A stretch of DNA of 44,922 nt from an uncultured Myxococcales bacterium (GCA_964013405.1 CAXGWI010000013.1:1-44922), one strand, 5' to 3'. Counted from the stretch's first letter, positions 14,843-25,884 are shown. Notes: generated by a model not told the origin, from the letters alone. A program made the numbers and translations.

Positions 14843-15858
14843 ATGATGTTATCTTGATCGGCTCGGCCCTACCGAGCTTCTTCCTCGCCCACATGATCTA
14901 CAAAGCTGATCGATACAAAGAGCCGATCGGGAAGTTCATATTTGCCTTCGTGATCGGCGTGCTGTCGCCCATCGTGACCCTGTTCTTTTCCGGCATGTTC
15001 GCAGGGATCTTTCCCGTAGAATCCAACGCCTGGACTCTTGCGCTGTTGGGCGCTGGCGTGCCCGAGGAATTGGGTCGCTTCTTGATTTTGTTGCTGCTTT
15101 GCAAGGTCTGGAAGGATGTGAATGAGCCTTTTGACTGCGTGGTGTATGCTGCGGCGATTTGGGCTGGATTCGCCGCGGTCGAAAATGTGCTCTATGCGGT
15201 CAATTTTGGGGCCCAGGGTGAGTCGCCTCTCTTCATCATCGCCATGCGTGCTGCCCTCTGTTCCACCGGGCATACGGCCTGGGGTGTCATCGTGGGTGCC
15301 TATGTGGGCATGGCGATGTTTGGTAAAGGCAACAAGATCGCATGGGCTCTCAAGGGCCTCGGCATCGCGATCATCCTTCATACGGTCTACGATGGTCTGC
15401 TCTTTTCTGTGAAAGATGGCGGCGCTGCCATGAACGGGCTGTGGGCCGTTGTTGTCGATGGGGTCACCCTCGTGATGGCCGTCCTGATCGTACTCCGGAT
15501 GAGCAGGATTCAGAGCTTCAGCGACGGCGAAGGTCAGAACTTAATGATGCAGGTCCGACTGATGCGACGATTCCGTCCCGATCGGGGAGATGGGGTCAAT
15601 CAACTGGCGAAGGGGCTTGGGGTGCTGGGTGTGATCCAGATTCTCTTGGTGCTCTTTTTCGCGGCAACGACCTACTTCGCTGCCCTCTTGTTGGCCTCTG
15701 GGGTGTATTTGGCCGTGATCGGTGGCGCCATCACTGGGGCTTTGGGTTACAAAACCTGGGGGGCGCTGTGGCGGCGCATCGAATTGACGGAAGCCGCTGA
15801 CGCCCCGGTGCTCGCAGCCGAGGCAGGGACTCAACCGGAAGATGAAGCCTCCGCTTAG
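14839..15858 (+). CDS. prsW: PrsW-family intramembrane metalloprotease with C-terminal extension
   Basis: Multi-TM protein with DRYKEP, PEELGR, GFAAVEN, GH and LHTVYD motifs. ATGA overlap with the upstream gene. Confidence 0.82.
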   Translation: MNDVILIGSALPSFFLAHMIYKADRYKEPIGKFIFAFVIGVLSPIVTLFFSGMFAGIFPVESNAWTLALLGAGVPEELGRFLILLLLCKVWKDVNEPFDCVVYAAAIWAGFAAVENVLYAVNFGAQGESPLFIIAMRAALCSTGHTAWGVIVGAYVGMAMFGKGNKIAWALKGLGIAIILHTVYDGLLFSVKDGGAAMNGLWAVVVDGVTLVMAVLIVLRMSRIQSFSDGEGQNLMMQVRLMRRFRPDRGDGVNQLAKGLGVLGVIQILLVLFFAATTYFAALLLASGVYLAVIGGAITGALGYKTWGALWRRIELTEAADAPVLAAEAGTQPEDEASA

Positions 15859-18029
15859 TTTGGCAATTCGATCCCCACGATGGTGGACTGGTTGCCGTTG
15901 TTGGTGCCCCAGCAGTAGATCCAGCCGATGCCTTGCTCATTGCACGCAAGGCCAGCGGGACCGGCTGCACCCTGGCAGTTGCCGAGATCGTGCTGACTCA
16001 ACTGGGCCCCTTGAGCGTTGAGTCGATAGAGGCGAATGGCCGGATCGTTTTGGTTGTGTCGATAGGCCAAGGCCCAGATGTTCTGGCCGTCGTAACAGAG
16101 GTCCGCAATGCCTTCTCCGATTCCCGTATCTACGGTGCTGCGTATGTCATTGGGGCTACCGGCTGGGGTAAACCGAAGCTGCCGTAGCGATCGCCAGTCG
16201 TAGCTTGTGGAGTGGTTGGCCCGGACCAGTTGGTCGCCCACGAAGGTCAATGGGTAGCCCCCGTAGGCCACCTGTTCGTTGCCGTGGTTGGACTTGGCCC
16301 CCCCACGGGTCAGTCGGTGCATGTCCTGACCGCCGCCGTTACCCGTGTAATCGGCGATGATGAAGTGGTCCTCGGCACAGGCGACCGAGGTCATATGTTG
16401 GAGATTGGCCTGAAGCGATCCGGTTTGTTGGCCGGTGGCCGGGTCGATGAAATAGAGGGGGTGGTTCCCTTGGATGGCGAGAACCAAGCGCTGTTGAGCA
16501 CCATCCCAACACATGCCTTGGGGATGAAAGTTCCAGCCAGAATAGGCTGGGACATTCACCGTGCCGGTGACGCCGGGGCCTTCCGCGTTGCAGTCCCCGT
16601 CACAGCCATCATCGGCCGCCAAATTCCCATCGTCGCACTCCTCTTCGCCCTCATGAACAAAGCCATCACCACACGCGGCCTCGACACAACCGCTTAAACA
16701 GGCATCTTCATTTTGATCGTTGCCATCGTCACAGGCTTCGAAGCCTTCTTCTCCCACCTCTAAGTCTTGGCGCTGGATCCCATCACCACAGCGAGCCTCC
16801 TCACAATTGGCGAGGCAGTCGTCGGCATCGTTCTCGTTACCGTCATCGCAGATCTCGAAGTTCGGATCGCCGACCTCCAGGTCGGCCCGCAAGAAACCAT
16901 CGCCACAGCGGGCCAGTTCACAGCCGCTCGGGCAGCGGTCGTCATCGTTGGCGTTCCCATCATCACAGGCTTCGTAGCCCGGCGCAGCCGGCTCGAGGTC
17001 TTGCCGGATAATGCCATCACCACAGCGGGCTTCTTCGCAGCCGTTCGTGCAGTGATCGATATTGCTTCGATTGCCATCGTCGCATTGTTCACCTTCTTGG
17101 ACCACACCATCGCCACAACTGGCTCGGGCTTGGCTTTGGCAACCGTTGCTGCACAGATCATCATCCACTCGGTTGCCGTCGTCGCAGTCTTCCACGCCAA
17201 TGTGTAAAATCGCATCACCGCATTCGGCGACCCGACAGGAACCGGTACATGCGTCGCTATCGACGAGATTACCATCGTCGCAGGCTTCCTGGTCGTTCCA
17301 GAGGATCCCGTCCCCGCAGCGGGCTGCCGCGCAGGTGTTGAGACAGGCATCTTCGTTCACCGTGTTGCCATCGTCGCAAAACTCTTCGCTTTGGACGATC
17401 CCATCGCCACAGGTGCTGGGTTGGCAGTTGGCACAGGTGTCGGTGGGGTCCTCATTGCCGTCATCGCAGCCCTCACCCGGCCCCAGGATCCCGTCACCGC
17501 AGCGATGGAGTTGGCAGTTGCTTAGGCAGTCATCTTGATCCTCGTCGTTACCGTCGTCACAGGCCTCAAAACCGGCTGCATCAGGTGCAAGATCGCTGCG
17601 CACAACCCCATCGCCACAGCGGGCCAGTCGACAATCGCGCCGACAAGCATCGGTGTCGGTTTCATTGCCGTCGTCACAGGCCTCAAAGCCGAGGTCACCT
17701 TCTGCAAGGGCCGCGGCCACGACGCCGTCACCGCAGCGAGCCAGTTCGCAGTTGGTGCGGCAGAGATCGTTGTCCACGGTATTGCCGTCATCGCAGGCTT
17801 CGTAGCCCGGGTCGCCGGGAGCACCGTCAGTACGTTGAATCCCATCGCCACAACGGGCCAGTTCACAGGCGTTGGTACAGGGGTCTGTGTTGTCTTCATT
17901 ACCATCATCGCAGAACTCACCGGCTTCGAGTTCCCCATTGCCACAACTGGCTTCGGTCTCTCGGACCACCACCTGTTCACCGGGACAGGCGAGGATGAAG
18001 GCGAGTAGGAAAAGGGGCCATCTGGACAT
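15855..18029 (-). CDS. DUF4215-type Cys-rich repeat lipoprotein with C-terminal beta-propeller-like domain
   Basis: Lipobox FILAC and 13 CDDGN units with CGDG. C-terminal ~240 aa carry blade-like motifs (PQGMCWDG, ADLCYDG, PAGLAC). Confidence 0.85.
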   Translation of the reverse strand: MSRWPLFLLAFILACPGEQVVVRETEASCGNGELEAGEFCDDGNEDNTDPCTNACELARCGDGIQRTDGAPGDPGYEACDDGNTVDNDLCRTNCELARCGDGVVAAALAEGDLGFEACDDGNETDTDACRRDCRLARCGDGVVRSDLAPDAAGFEACDDGNDEDQDDCLSNCQLHRCGDGILGPGEGCDDGNEDPTDTCANCQPSTCGDGIVQSEEFCDDGNTVNEDACLNTCAAARCGDGILWNDQEACDDGNLVDSDACTGSCRVAECGDAILHIGVEDCDDGNRVDDDLCSNGCQSQARASCGDGVVQEGEQCDDGNRSNIDHCTNGCEEARCGDGIIRQDLEPAAPGYEACDDGNANDDDRCPSGCELARCGDGFLRADLEVGDPNFEICDDGNENDADDCLANCEEARCGDGIQRQDLEVGEEGFEACDDGNDQNEDACLSGCVEAACGDGFVHEGEEECDDGNLAADDGCDGDCNAEGPGVTGTVNVPAYSGWNFHPQGMCWDGAQQRLVLAIQGNHPLYFIDPATGQQTGSLQANLQHMTSVACAEDHFIIADYTGNGGGQDMHRLTRGGAKSNHGNEQVAYGGYPLTFVGDQLVRANHSTSYDWRSLRQLRFTPAGSPNDIRSTVDTGIGEGIADLCYDGQNIWALAYRHNQNDPAIRLYRLNAQGAQLSQHDLGNCQGAAGPAGLACNEQGIGWIYCWGTNNGNQSTIVGIELPN

Positions 18030-18082
18030 GGTGAACTCCTGCCCTCAGTGTAGATCGAGAGGACAGTCGCTGTCACGGGCCG

Positions 18083-19252
18083 GTGAATCTGCTAGAAAGC
18101 CAGCGCCAAGGAGTTCCATTGCGCCCCCTTCTCGCCCTTGTGTTGATGTTACTGACTGCTTGTGGGCCCGGTGAGCCCTACAGCGTGCTCAAAGCCCAAG
18201 GCGTGAATCGCTATGTGGGCATGGCACAGATTAAGGAAGAGGTGGTCCAGGGCATCGACCGGACGGTGACCTTCGAACGGGCCACGGGGCCCGCCTGCTT
18301 GCGGGGCGCTGACTATCGGGTCTCGACCCGGGAGACGGGCGCAGATGAGCTCATGATTTTCCTCGCCGGTGGGGGGGCCTGCTGGAAGGATCGATGCACC
18401 GCCATCGAAGAAGCAAACAGTGGCATCTACCCGATGGGCGTCTTGCACAATGGGAGCGAGACCAACCCTTTTGCCGCCTGGAACCTCCTCTACCTTCCCT
18501 ATTGTGATGGGAGTCTGTTTGCGGGGGATGTGGACATCGATGATGATGGCGATGGACGCACGGATCGTTACCATCGAGGTTTGCGGAACCTCACCGCAGC
18601 CCTCGATGTGGGCAAAGCCACCTTCCCTACACCGACGAAGATTCTTCTCGCCGGCAGCAGCGGCGGTGGCTTTGGGACGGTGATCGCTGCCATCGCGGTC
18701 CGCATCACCTGGCCTGAGGTCCCGCTCGTCATCATGAATGATTCGGGCATCGGCGTGGCAAAAGAAGACGACAAAGGATTCATCCGGCGCTTGCTTGAAG
18801 AATGGAACGCCATGAGCCTGGTGCCCAGCGGCCGAGAGGACCTTTTGGCGAACGGGCATCTGAGCGAGTTTATCAAATGGCAGCTGGATGAAGACCCGCA
18901 ACTGCGGGTGGGGGCTTTTAGCTTTGCTGAAGATTCGGTGGTCTCGGAGGTGTTTTTGGAGATCGACCCGCAGCAGTTCTGCGAGGTGGCGAGTCGGGAA
19001 ACCGCTGCCATAAACCGAGCATTTCCAGACCGATATCGCTATTTTATCGCCCCTGGCGATGCCCACACAGTCCTCTATTCCGAGACAGGGATCGGCGTGA
19101 CGGGAAGTATTTTTGGCGAGGAGAGCGCCGCCGCGAGGGGCGTGAACCTGGGGGGCTACGACAGTACCGTGGTGCAAGGTCAAAGCATCAGCCAATGGAT
19201 GCGCGCGCTGGTGGCAGGCAGTGATGCTTGGGTGAACAGGCCGGTGCGATGA
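18083..19252 (+). CDS. Pectinacetylesterase-family hydrolase lipoprotein
   Basis: Lipobox LLTAC, with FLAGGGAC, LPYCDGS, nucleophile motif LAGSSGGG, NDSG and a late His (DAHT). Start uncertain. Confidence 0.8.
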   Translation: MNLLESQRQGVPLRPLLALVLMLLTACGPGEPYSVLKAQGVNRYVGMAQIKEEVVQGIDRTVTFERATGPACLRGADYRVSTRETGADELMIFLAGGGACWKDRCTAIEEANSGIYPMGVLHNGSETNPFAAWNLLYLPYCDGSLFAGDVDIDDDGDGRTDRYHRGLRNLTAALDVGKATFPTPTKILLAGSSGGGFGTVIAAIAVRITWPEVPLVIMNDSGIGVAKEDDKGFIRRLLEEWNAMSLVPSGREDLLANGHLSEFIKWQLDEDPQLRVGAFSFAEDSVVSEVFLEIDPQQFCEVASRETAAINRAFPDRYRYFIAPGDAHTVLYSETGIGVTGSIFGEESAAARGVNLGGYDSTVVQGQSISQWMRALVAGSDAWVNRPVR

Positions 19253-19698
19253 AGATTTGGATCGACGGTGATGCGGCACCGAAGCTGATGAAGGACGTGG
19301 TCTATCGCTGTTCTGATCGTTTGCGTTTGCCGGTGACGGTGGTGGCCAACAGTTGGCAGCAGACCCCTCGGGGAGACCGAATCAAAATGATCGTGGTGGG
19401 GGACGCCTTTGATGCAGCCGATGATTACATCGCCGAGCAGTGTGCCCCGGGCGACTTGGTTGTGACCGCGGACATCCCCTTGGCTGCTCGCATCGTGGCC
19501 TCAGGGGGCGCGGTGATCACGCCGCGAGGCGAGGAACTCGATTCGGAATCGATCGACGAGCGTCTTGCCATGCGAAACTTTATGGAAGAGATGCGGAGCG
19601 CGGATCTGGTCAGTGGGGGACCACCACCCTACGGTGATCGGGACCGCCAACAGTTTGCCAACACCCTTGACCGGGTCGTGACCCGCCTGCGCCGCTAG
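19249..19698 (+). CDS. yaiI: YaiI/YqxD (DUF188) family protein
   Basis: MKIWIDGDAAP, VVAN, DAADDYI, GDLVVTADIPLA, PRGE, GGPPPY and FANTLD. ATGA overlap with the upstream gene. Confidence 0.9.
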   Translation: MKIWIDGDAAPKLMKDVVYRCSDRLRLPVTVVANSWQQTPRGDRIKMIVVGDAFDAADDYIAEQCAPGDLVVTADIPLAARIVASGGAVITPRGEELDSESIDERLAMRNFMEEMRSADLVSGGPPPYGDRDRQQFANTLDRVVTRLRR

Positions 19699-19711
19699 CC
19701 TGGAGTTTATC

Positions 19712-20812
19712 ATGCGTTCTTTTTCTGTCCTCGTGCTGATCTGTGCGGCGGGATGTTTGCCCGATGACGCTTCGTCCTCCTCAAGCGGAGGGGTGCGCGG
19801 TGCAAGCGGCGGCCAGGATGCCGGGCCGACCTCAGGGGCATCGGATGCGGGTTCGAGCTCCCGGGTGGATGCTGGCGGGGGCGCTCAGGGGCCGGATGCG
19901 GGGGGGACGCAACCCAGCTCACCTCTGGTCGATAGCGACTGTCTTGATGGGCAGTATCGGGAGACGATGGTGGACCCTGACGCTGAGATCGCCGATCTTG
20001 TGGGGAACTTTTCCAGTCCAGATTTTATGATCTACATTGAGGAGGTCCTCAATCGCCGCTATCCTCTGGGTTGGCACATCATCGACCGCGGGCTTCGGGA
20101 GGGGGCCGCGATTGGTCACTGCATCGATTTCTTTATGCGGGATCGAAGCTCTGCGGAACGAGTGAACTCCCAGTTGTCCACGGCCGTGCATGAATGCGGT
20201 CACTTTTTGAATATGAGTCTCAACGATGACGCCTTCGTCATTCGCCGGGACCTCCAGATCACCTGTCAGGATGGGGACAGTACGGATCGCTTTGGGCGCA
20301 CTTTCGCTCGTAGCCGGATCAATGATGATGACTACAGCCGACTGAGGCCCCCATGCCAAGGCAATCGCAGTCCGGATTGTGATTCATACGCAGACATTTA
20401 TCTCGATGGGGACCCTGATAACGACGACTTTGAGGGCGGTGACCAGGGCTTCAACATGCTGGCGGAGGAGGCGGTTCAATACATCAACAGTCTCGCCACG
20501 AGCTACGCCATCTACGATCAAAGCCGTTACAGTACCTCGGCCCGCGATGGGATCCTCACCCATCTTTGGTGGATCCAGCGCTACTTAGCCCATGCTCGGG
20601 ACCGCTACCCAGCAGCGCACCAGTTCATTTTGGGCAACGATTGTTATCGGCGCCTGATCCTCACCATTTGGGGTCGGGCTTGGCTTTATCTCGAAGCCAC
20701 TGAGGAGATCAGCCAGTTAACGATCAATGGGGGAGAGATCGAAACCTTGGTCCTAGACCCCAACCTGCTCGCTGAAATCGAAGCGGTGCGAGAAGCCCAT
20801 GGCTGTCGCTAG
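19712..20812 (+). CDS. Hypothetical lipoprotein with HExxH zinc-binding motif
   Basis: GGAG RBS, lipobox CAAGC, Ser/Gly linker with DAG repeats, VHECGH and a downstream EEAVQY. Confidence 0.7.
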   Translation: MRSFSVLVLICAAGCLPDDASSSSSGGVRGASGGQDAGPTSGASDAGSSSRVDAGGGAQGPDAGGTQPSSPLVDSDCLDGQYRETMVDPDAEIADLVGNFSSPDFMIYIEEVLNRRYPLGWHIIDRGLREGAAIGHCIDFFMRDRSSAERVNSQLSTAVHECGHFLNMSLNDDAFVIRRDLQITCQDGDSTDRFGRTFARSRINDDDYSRLRPPCQGNRSPDCDSYADIYLDGDPDNDDFEGGDQGFNMLAEEAVQYINSLATSYAIYDQSRYSTSARDGILTHLWWIQRYLAHARDRYPAAHQFILGNDCYRRLILTIWGRAWLYLEATEEISQLTINGGEIETLVLDPNLLAEIEAVREAHGCR

Positions 20813-20821
20813 CCAGCCCAT

Positions 20822-22831
20822 TCAGCCGTTGCAGTCGAAGTAGAGGTCAAAGCCACGCAAAATCGGAGTGATTTGGGGGTCATCGCTGCTGAGCTCCGCC
20901 TCGATCATCGCCGTACTCAGGGTGGGGAGTTCGAAGAGCATGGCCGGCAGGTCGCTATGCTCCGAGCTCACCTCGTAGGGGCCATGGGCGACCGCTTGGG
21001 CCAATTCTCCTTCGCTCGCTGCCACCCGAATACGGAACCGGATGCGGGTGCCGGGTGGTGTTGTGGTGACCGCATCAAAGCTCTGCCAGGAGGTTTGCCG
21101 CTTGGAACAGCCTTGGACCACGGTCCGGTAACTGCCCCTCGGCAAGGTGAAGTTGCGAAGGGCAAAGCCCGTGAAGTCGCTGTAGGTATAGGGGGATTGA
21201 CCCACCCGGACTCGAACCATGGCGCCACCATTGTCCGGATCCACGCGGCTTGCCAGATCACCACCACCGCTCACGCCCCAAATTCGGCCGGTGAAGTCGA
21301 CCCCAACACCTACGGTGGCCGATCCACCCACCGAGTGATTGCTCAGGAAATCCATCGAGTCCGCATCCCAGGCCGCCACGGAGCCGCCTTCGTTGGTCGC
21401 CGCCCAGATGCGGCCTTGGTTGTCGGCCGCCACGCCACGAATCATCCACTGGACGGGGACGCTACGCCAATGCCCACCCCCCTGGAGCGGGTCGGCCACG
21501 GCCTGACCCTGATCATCAAAGTTGGGGTCATAGCTGGTGAGGCGTCGACCAAAGAAGCCGCCAAGCCAAAGTCTACCGCGGGCATCTGCGGCGATGCCGT
21601 AGGAGCCGCCCCAGGGACTTTGAATCATCTGTCCGGCTCGCCCGGTGGCTGAGTCTACACCGACCAATGTGCTCGGCGGCATCACACCGGCGCCGAGGCT
21701 CGTGGACCAGACCACCCCCTGGGCGTCGATGACGGCGCCGTAGGGCTGGTGGGCGATATCGACGGGATTGGTGAGCCCGGGCCGACGAACCAGTTCACCG
21801 CTTTCGCCCTGCAGGTTGTAAAATCGCCGCTCGTTAAACAGACCGACCCAGAGGTTGCCATTGGGGTTTTGGGCATCGCCACCGTCGATGGCGAGGGCCC
21901 GAGGGACACCGGCCTGTCCACCCACGGGGAGCGTCCAAAGGATGCACTCGTCTTCCATCCCCAGATACTCGGTGGGGTCGTTGACGTCGATGCTGCCATT
22001 GCCGTTGCGGTCGGCGCTGGTATCGATTCGGCCATTGCCGTTGCGGTCGTTGCATTGGGTGTCGGCGTACTTGGTGACCGAGCCCTGTCCTTCGAAATTG
22101 CGATTCGCCACAAAGGCGTTGCCGGCGAGATCGATGGCCGTGCGCGATGGGCTTTGATCTGCGTGGGGCGTGAGCCCAGCCCTGTTGGGGCCAACGGAGG
22201 GATAGCGGGCCACTTCTTGTAGGAGGTCCGTATCCACTTTGGAGACGGTGCCTTCGCCTGCATTGGCGATCCAGAGGCTGTTGGTGGCGACCTGTTCACC
22301 CGCCTCTCCAGGAATCAGGACGATGTTGCCATCGTCGTCTCGCTCCAGGCCCGAGTTGGCTGCCGGCTCTTCAAAGGCTTGGCCGTGGGCTGGGCCCCGG
22401 GCAACGGGCTCGCCAGGCTGGCTCTGGGACGAGCAGCCCTGGGGAAAGCCTTCGTCAATATCGCCATCGCAGTCGTCATCGGTTTGGTTGCAGGTCTCTT
22501 GGGACTCCGGCAGCCGCTGGCCCGTGCATGGGCCCCAGCGTCCGTCGACGCATTCGCGCACACCGCGCAGACAGATGCCGATGCCCGCGGTAGCTTCTGG
22601 GCCTTCATAGCAACGGGCCCGGGTATCGGCATCGCAAGGACAGCCTTCGCGGAGTTCGCCCTCGTCGCAGCCACTAGGATCTGGACGCTGTGAACCATCG
22701 CCTGGATCGCCGCCCTGGTCGCCGATTTGCCCGCATTGCCCGCCTGGGCAGGTGGGACCATGAGATGCCGGGTGATGGGGCTCGGAACAGGCTGTCGCGG
22801 CGAGGGCGATGAGCACAAAGAGACGGGGCAT
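20822..22831 (-). CDS. Lipoprotein with Cys-rich metal-binding-type motif and beta-propeller domain
   Basis: Lipobox AATAC, motif ETCNQTDDDCDGDIDEG, and blades LWIAN..EGTVSKVDT, PSRTAID, PRALAID, PYGAVID, YGIAAD, RGVAAD and PYTYSDFTG. Confidence 0.75.
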   Translation of the reverse strand: MPRLFVLIALAATACSEPHHPASHGPTCPGGQCGQIGDQGGDPGDGSQRPDPSGCDEGELREGCPCDADTRARCYEGPEATAGIGICLRGVRECVDGRWGPCTGQRLPESQETCNQTDDDCDGDIDEGFPQGCSSQSQPGEPVARGPAHGQAFEEPAANSGLERDDDGNIVLIPGEAGEQVATNSLWIANAGEGTVSKVDTDLLQEVARYPSVGPNRAGLTPHADQSPSRTAIDLAGNAFVANRNFEGQGSVTKYADTQCNDRNGNGRIDTSADRNGNGSIDVNDPTEYLGMEDECILWTLPVGGQAGVPRALAIDGGDAQNPNGNLWVGLFNERRFYNLQGESGELVRRPGLTNPVDIAHQPYGAVIDAQGVVWSTSLGAGVMPPSTLVGVDSATGRAGQMIQSPWGGSYGIAADARGRLWLGGFFGRRLTSYDPNFDDQGQAVADPLQGGGHWRSVPVQWMIRGVAADNQGRIWAATNEGGSVAAWDADSMDFLSNHSVGGSATVGVGVDFTGRIWGVSGGGDLASRVDPDNGGAMVRVRVGQSPYTYSDFTGFALRNFTLPRGSYRTVVQGCSKRQTSWQSFDAVTTTPPGTRIRFRIRVAASEGELAQAVAHGPYEVSSEHSDLPAMLFELPTLSTAMIEAELSSDDPQITPILRGFDLYFDCNG

Positions 22832-22972
22832 GATTGGACTCCCAGCAAGCGGTTTCGCGCGCTGGACTATCCGAAAATTGAGCGTTCGCCGCTATCGGAC
22901 GATCCTCGGGGGGTTTACAAGCTGGGTCAAGCCGCGCCTAGATAGGGGCGGAACTTATGGGGAATCCCACCG

Positions 22973-25855
22973 ATGCCAAGCCGGCCTTTGCTATTGAGCT
23001 TTGTGCTCATTGCCACATCAGGCTGTGGTCAGGCCTTGCCCGACTTGATTCTGGATCGCAGCGGCAGCGTGTGTGGTGACGGGGTCACCCAGTCGGGTGA
23101 AGCCTGTGATGACGGCAACGATAACGACTTTGATGCCTGTCTCTCCACCTGTCGAGAAGCCAGTTGTCACGATGGGTTTCGGCGCAGTGACATTATGCCA
23201 GGGATGGCTGGCTATGAGGCCTGTGACGATGGGAACACGGATGATGACGATGGCTGTGTCCTCGACTGCATACAAGCTCGCTGTGGCGATGGCCTGATTC
23301 GACGAGATCTCGATTTGCAGGTTCCCGGTTTTGAGGCCTGTGACGATGGTGATGACAGCGACCCTAATGACGGCTGTCACGGTTGCAAGGCCCCGGGCTG
23401 TGGCGATGGCGTCGTTCAGGCCAATGAGGAATGTGATGACGGAAATGGGGTCGACAACGACGCCTGTATTGAATGTCTCAACGCTCGCTGTGGTGATGGT
23501 GTCCGGCGGGTCGGTGAAGGCGGGGAGGCCTGCGATGATGGAAATGTGGACAATTCCGACGATTGCACAACGGATTGTGAGCCGCCTCGCTGCGGCGACG
23601 GCTACCGGCAGGATGGTGAAGCTTGTGATGACGGTAATGGAAGAGACGCCGACGCTTGCACCAACGCTTGCGAGGAAGCGACCTGTGGCGATGGGATCGT
23701 GCGTCGGGACCTTGCAGAGGGGCTCCCTGATGCCGAGGGCTGCGACGATGCCGATGAGGACAACCATGACGCCTGTACAAATGACTGCTTGCGAGCTCGT
23801 TGCGGTGACAACATCGTCCAGCGTCATTTTGAGGCCTGCGATGACGGCAATGAAAGTCCCGATGATTCTTGCGTGAACTGTGTCCAGCCGACCTGCGGCG
23901 ATGGAGTGGTTGACGCCGATGAGGAGTGCGATGACGGCAACGAAGACAACCGAGACGCCTGTACGGACCTCTGTCTCCACGCTCGCTGCGGTGATGGATT
24001 TCAACGCCAAGACCTCGCCCAGGATGAAGCGGGTGGGGAGTTCTGCGATGATGGCAACGAACTGGAGCAGGACGCGTGCCTAAACAACTGCGAACTCAGC
24101 CGCTGTGGTGATGGTGTCCAGCGTTTAGATCGGTTGCGGGGGGAGCCGGGCTTCGAAGCCTGCGACGATGGGAACGAGGTCCCTGATGATGGTTGCACAG
24201 ATGCCTGCCGCAGTGGCTGCGGCGACGGTCTCCTGGCCGAGGGGGAAGCCTGTGACGATGGCAACGACGAAGACGCCGATGCCTGCACCAATGGCTGCAC
24301 CGAGGCCAGGTGTGGTGATGGTGTCCAGCGGCAGGATCTCGACCCAGAGGCCGCCGGCTATGAGTTCTGCGATGATGGCAACGAGTCCAGTGAAGATGGC
24401 TGTACAGACATCTGCCGAATCGCTCGCTGTGGCGATGGGGTCGTCCGGCGTGACTTGCAACCGGATCAAGACGGTTTTGAAGCCTGCGATGACGGGAATG
24501 AGGACAACACAGATGAATGCACGGTGATGTGTCAGCCGCCCCGTTGTGGTGATGGCATCCTCCACGAGGGTGAAGCCTGTGATGATGGGAATGCAGTGGC
24601 CGGCGATGGCTGTCTTCTCGACTGCGAAGCCGCCGTCTGTGGCGACGGGGTTCGCCGGCTCGATCGGGTCGATGGCGAACCCGGCTACGAGGCCTGTGAC
24701 GATGGCAATATCGAATCGGGCGACGGGTGTCGCGGCGATTGCAGCAAGGTCGAGGTGATCAGCATCTGGGCCGGTGCTCAAAACTCCTGCGCAACTTTTG
24801 GTAATGGTCGTGCACGGTGTTGGGGGCGTAATTCTCAGCACAGAGAAGTTGAGCGAATCGCTGATGAAGAGGATGTGGTCTGGGCCGCGTGTATTAGTCA
24901 GAGGCTCGGTGTTTTTGGCGACCAGCCGGTCTACACCACCCTTCACCGAAATGGCCGTGTTAAGTGTGTCGCTCCCGCAGGGACTCGCTACCGCCCTTAT
25001 GCCTGTGGTCATGCGGACCCTTGGCTGATGGTGGCTCCCGACCAACCTCTAGAGGGTGTTGTGCAGGTCGACCTTGATAGAGATTTGGGTTGTGCACTCA
25101 CCGGCGAGGGGCAGGTCTATTGTTGGGGGGAAAGAGATAATGTCGGAACCGATGGGTTTCTCGCTGACCGAGTTGTTCCGATCGAGTCGCAATTCGAATT
25201 TGCCGAGATAGCGGTCGCTCCATCTCTGGCCTGTGGTCGAGCACGAGAATCAGGCCAGGTCTATTGTTGGGGCGATTATGTTAACCACCATTATGATCAG
25301 CCGACACTGATTGCTGGCACCGCGAATACAAACAGCTTAGCGATGGGAGAAGGCTTTGGGCTTGCAATGACGGAGGGGGGGATACTTGCTTGGGGTAGCG
25401 CTGGTTGTGGTCATTTTCCCTATTTCACTGGCCAGCACTCTTGCTGGGGCGGGCGGCTAAGGTTTTCTCAACATTCTCAGCTCATTGATTGGCCTGCCGA
25501 TGAGGACCGATGGATTCAGATGGCCGGCTCGGGTTTTTCCTCAAAACCGGTGGACCAGACGATTGCCTTTAGTTGTGGTGTGACCGCCAATCACCAGATG
25601 ACATGTGTCGGACGTACGCCATGGCGCCCCTTGTTACCAGGCGACCGCAACTTCGATGAATTAGCGCAAGATGCGAGGCAGCCTTCGCTCGCCCCGCTTC
25701 CCGATGGCGAGGAGGTCGTGGAAGTGAGGCTTGGTTATAGTCATGGCTGTGCCCGCACTCGGATCGGCCGTGTGTATTGTTTTGGTGGCAACGAGCATGG
25801 GCAGGCAGGTTTAGGAACTGAATACCTTAACCAACCAACCCTGATTATTCCCTAG
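22973..25855 (+). CDS. DUF4215-type Cys-rich repeat lipoprotein with C-terminal RCC1-like repeat domain
   Basis: Lipobox ATSGC and 16 CDD units. C-terminal RCC1/BLIP-II-like motifs [23 protein letters not shown] and [19 protein letters not shown]. Confidence 0.85.
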   Translation: MPSRPLLLSFVLIATSGCGQALPDLILDRSGSVCGDGVTQSGEACDDGNDNDFDACLSTCREASCHDGFRRSDIMPGMAGYEACDDGNTDDDDGCVLDCIQARCGDGLIRRDLDLQVPGFEACDDGDDSDPNDGCHGCKAPGCGDGVVQANEECDDGNGVDNDACIECLNARCGDGVRRVGEGGEACDDGNVDNSDDCTTDCEPPRCGDGYRQDGEACDDGNGRDADACTNACEEATCGDGIVRRDLAEGLPDAEGCDDADEDNHDACTNDCLRARCGDNIVQRHFEACDDGNESPDDSCVNCVQPTCGDGVVDADEECDDGNEDNRDACTDLCLHARCGDGFQRQDLAQDEAGGEFCDDGNELEQDACLNNCELSRCGDGVQRLDRLRGEPGFEACDDGNEVPDDGCTDACRSGCGDGLLAEGEACDDGNDEDADACTNGCTEARCGDGVQRQDLDPEAAGYEFCDDGNESSEDGCTDICRIARCGDGVVRRDLQPDQDGFEACDDGNEDNTDECTVMCQPPRCGDGILHEGEACDDGNAVAGDGCLLDCEAAVCGDGVRRLDRVDGEPGYEACDDGNIESGDGCRGDCSKVEVISIWAGAQNSCATFGNGRARCWGRNSQHREVERIADEEDVVWAACISQRLGVFGDQPVYTTLHRNGRVKCVAPAGTRYRPYACGHADPWLMVAPDQPLEGVVQVDLDRDLGCALTGEGQVYCWGERDNVGTDGFLADRVVPIESQFEFAEIAVAPSLACGRARESGQVYCWGDYVNHHYDQPTLIAGTANTNSLAMGEGFGLAMTEGGILAWGSAGCGHFPYFTGQHSCWGGRLRFSQHSQLIDWPADEDRWIQMAGSGFSSKPVDQTIAFSCGVTANHQMTCVGRTPWRPLLPGDRNFDELAQDARQPSLAPLPDGEEVVEVRLGYSHGCARTRIGRVYCFGGNEHGQAGLGTEYLNQPTLIIP

Positions 25856-25884
25856 CCGTGCTGCTTTTGGCACAATGCTTGGAG

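Noticed and set aside
18149..19279. 376-aa minus-strand ORF
   Set aside because: Antisense to the motif-bearing esterase gene.
25868..25882. Sigma54-like TGGCACAATGCTTGG
   Set aside because: It lacks the conserved -12 GC and lies between convergent genes, pointing antisense into the TPR gene.
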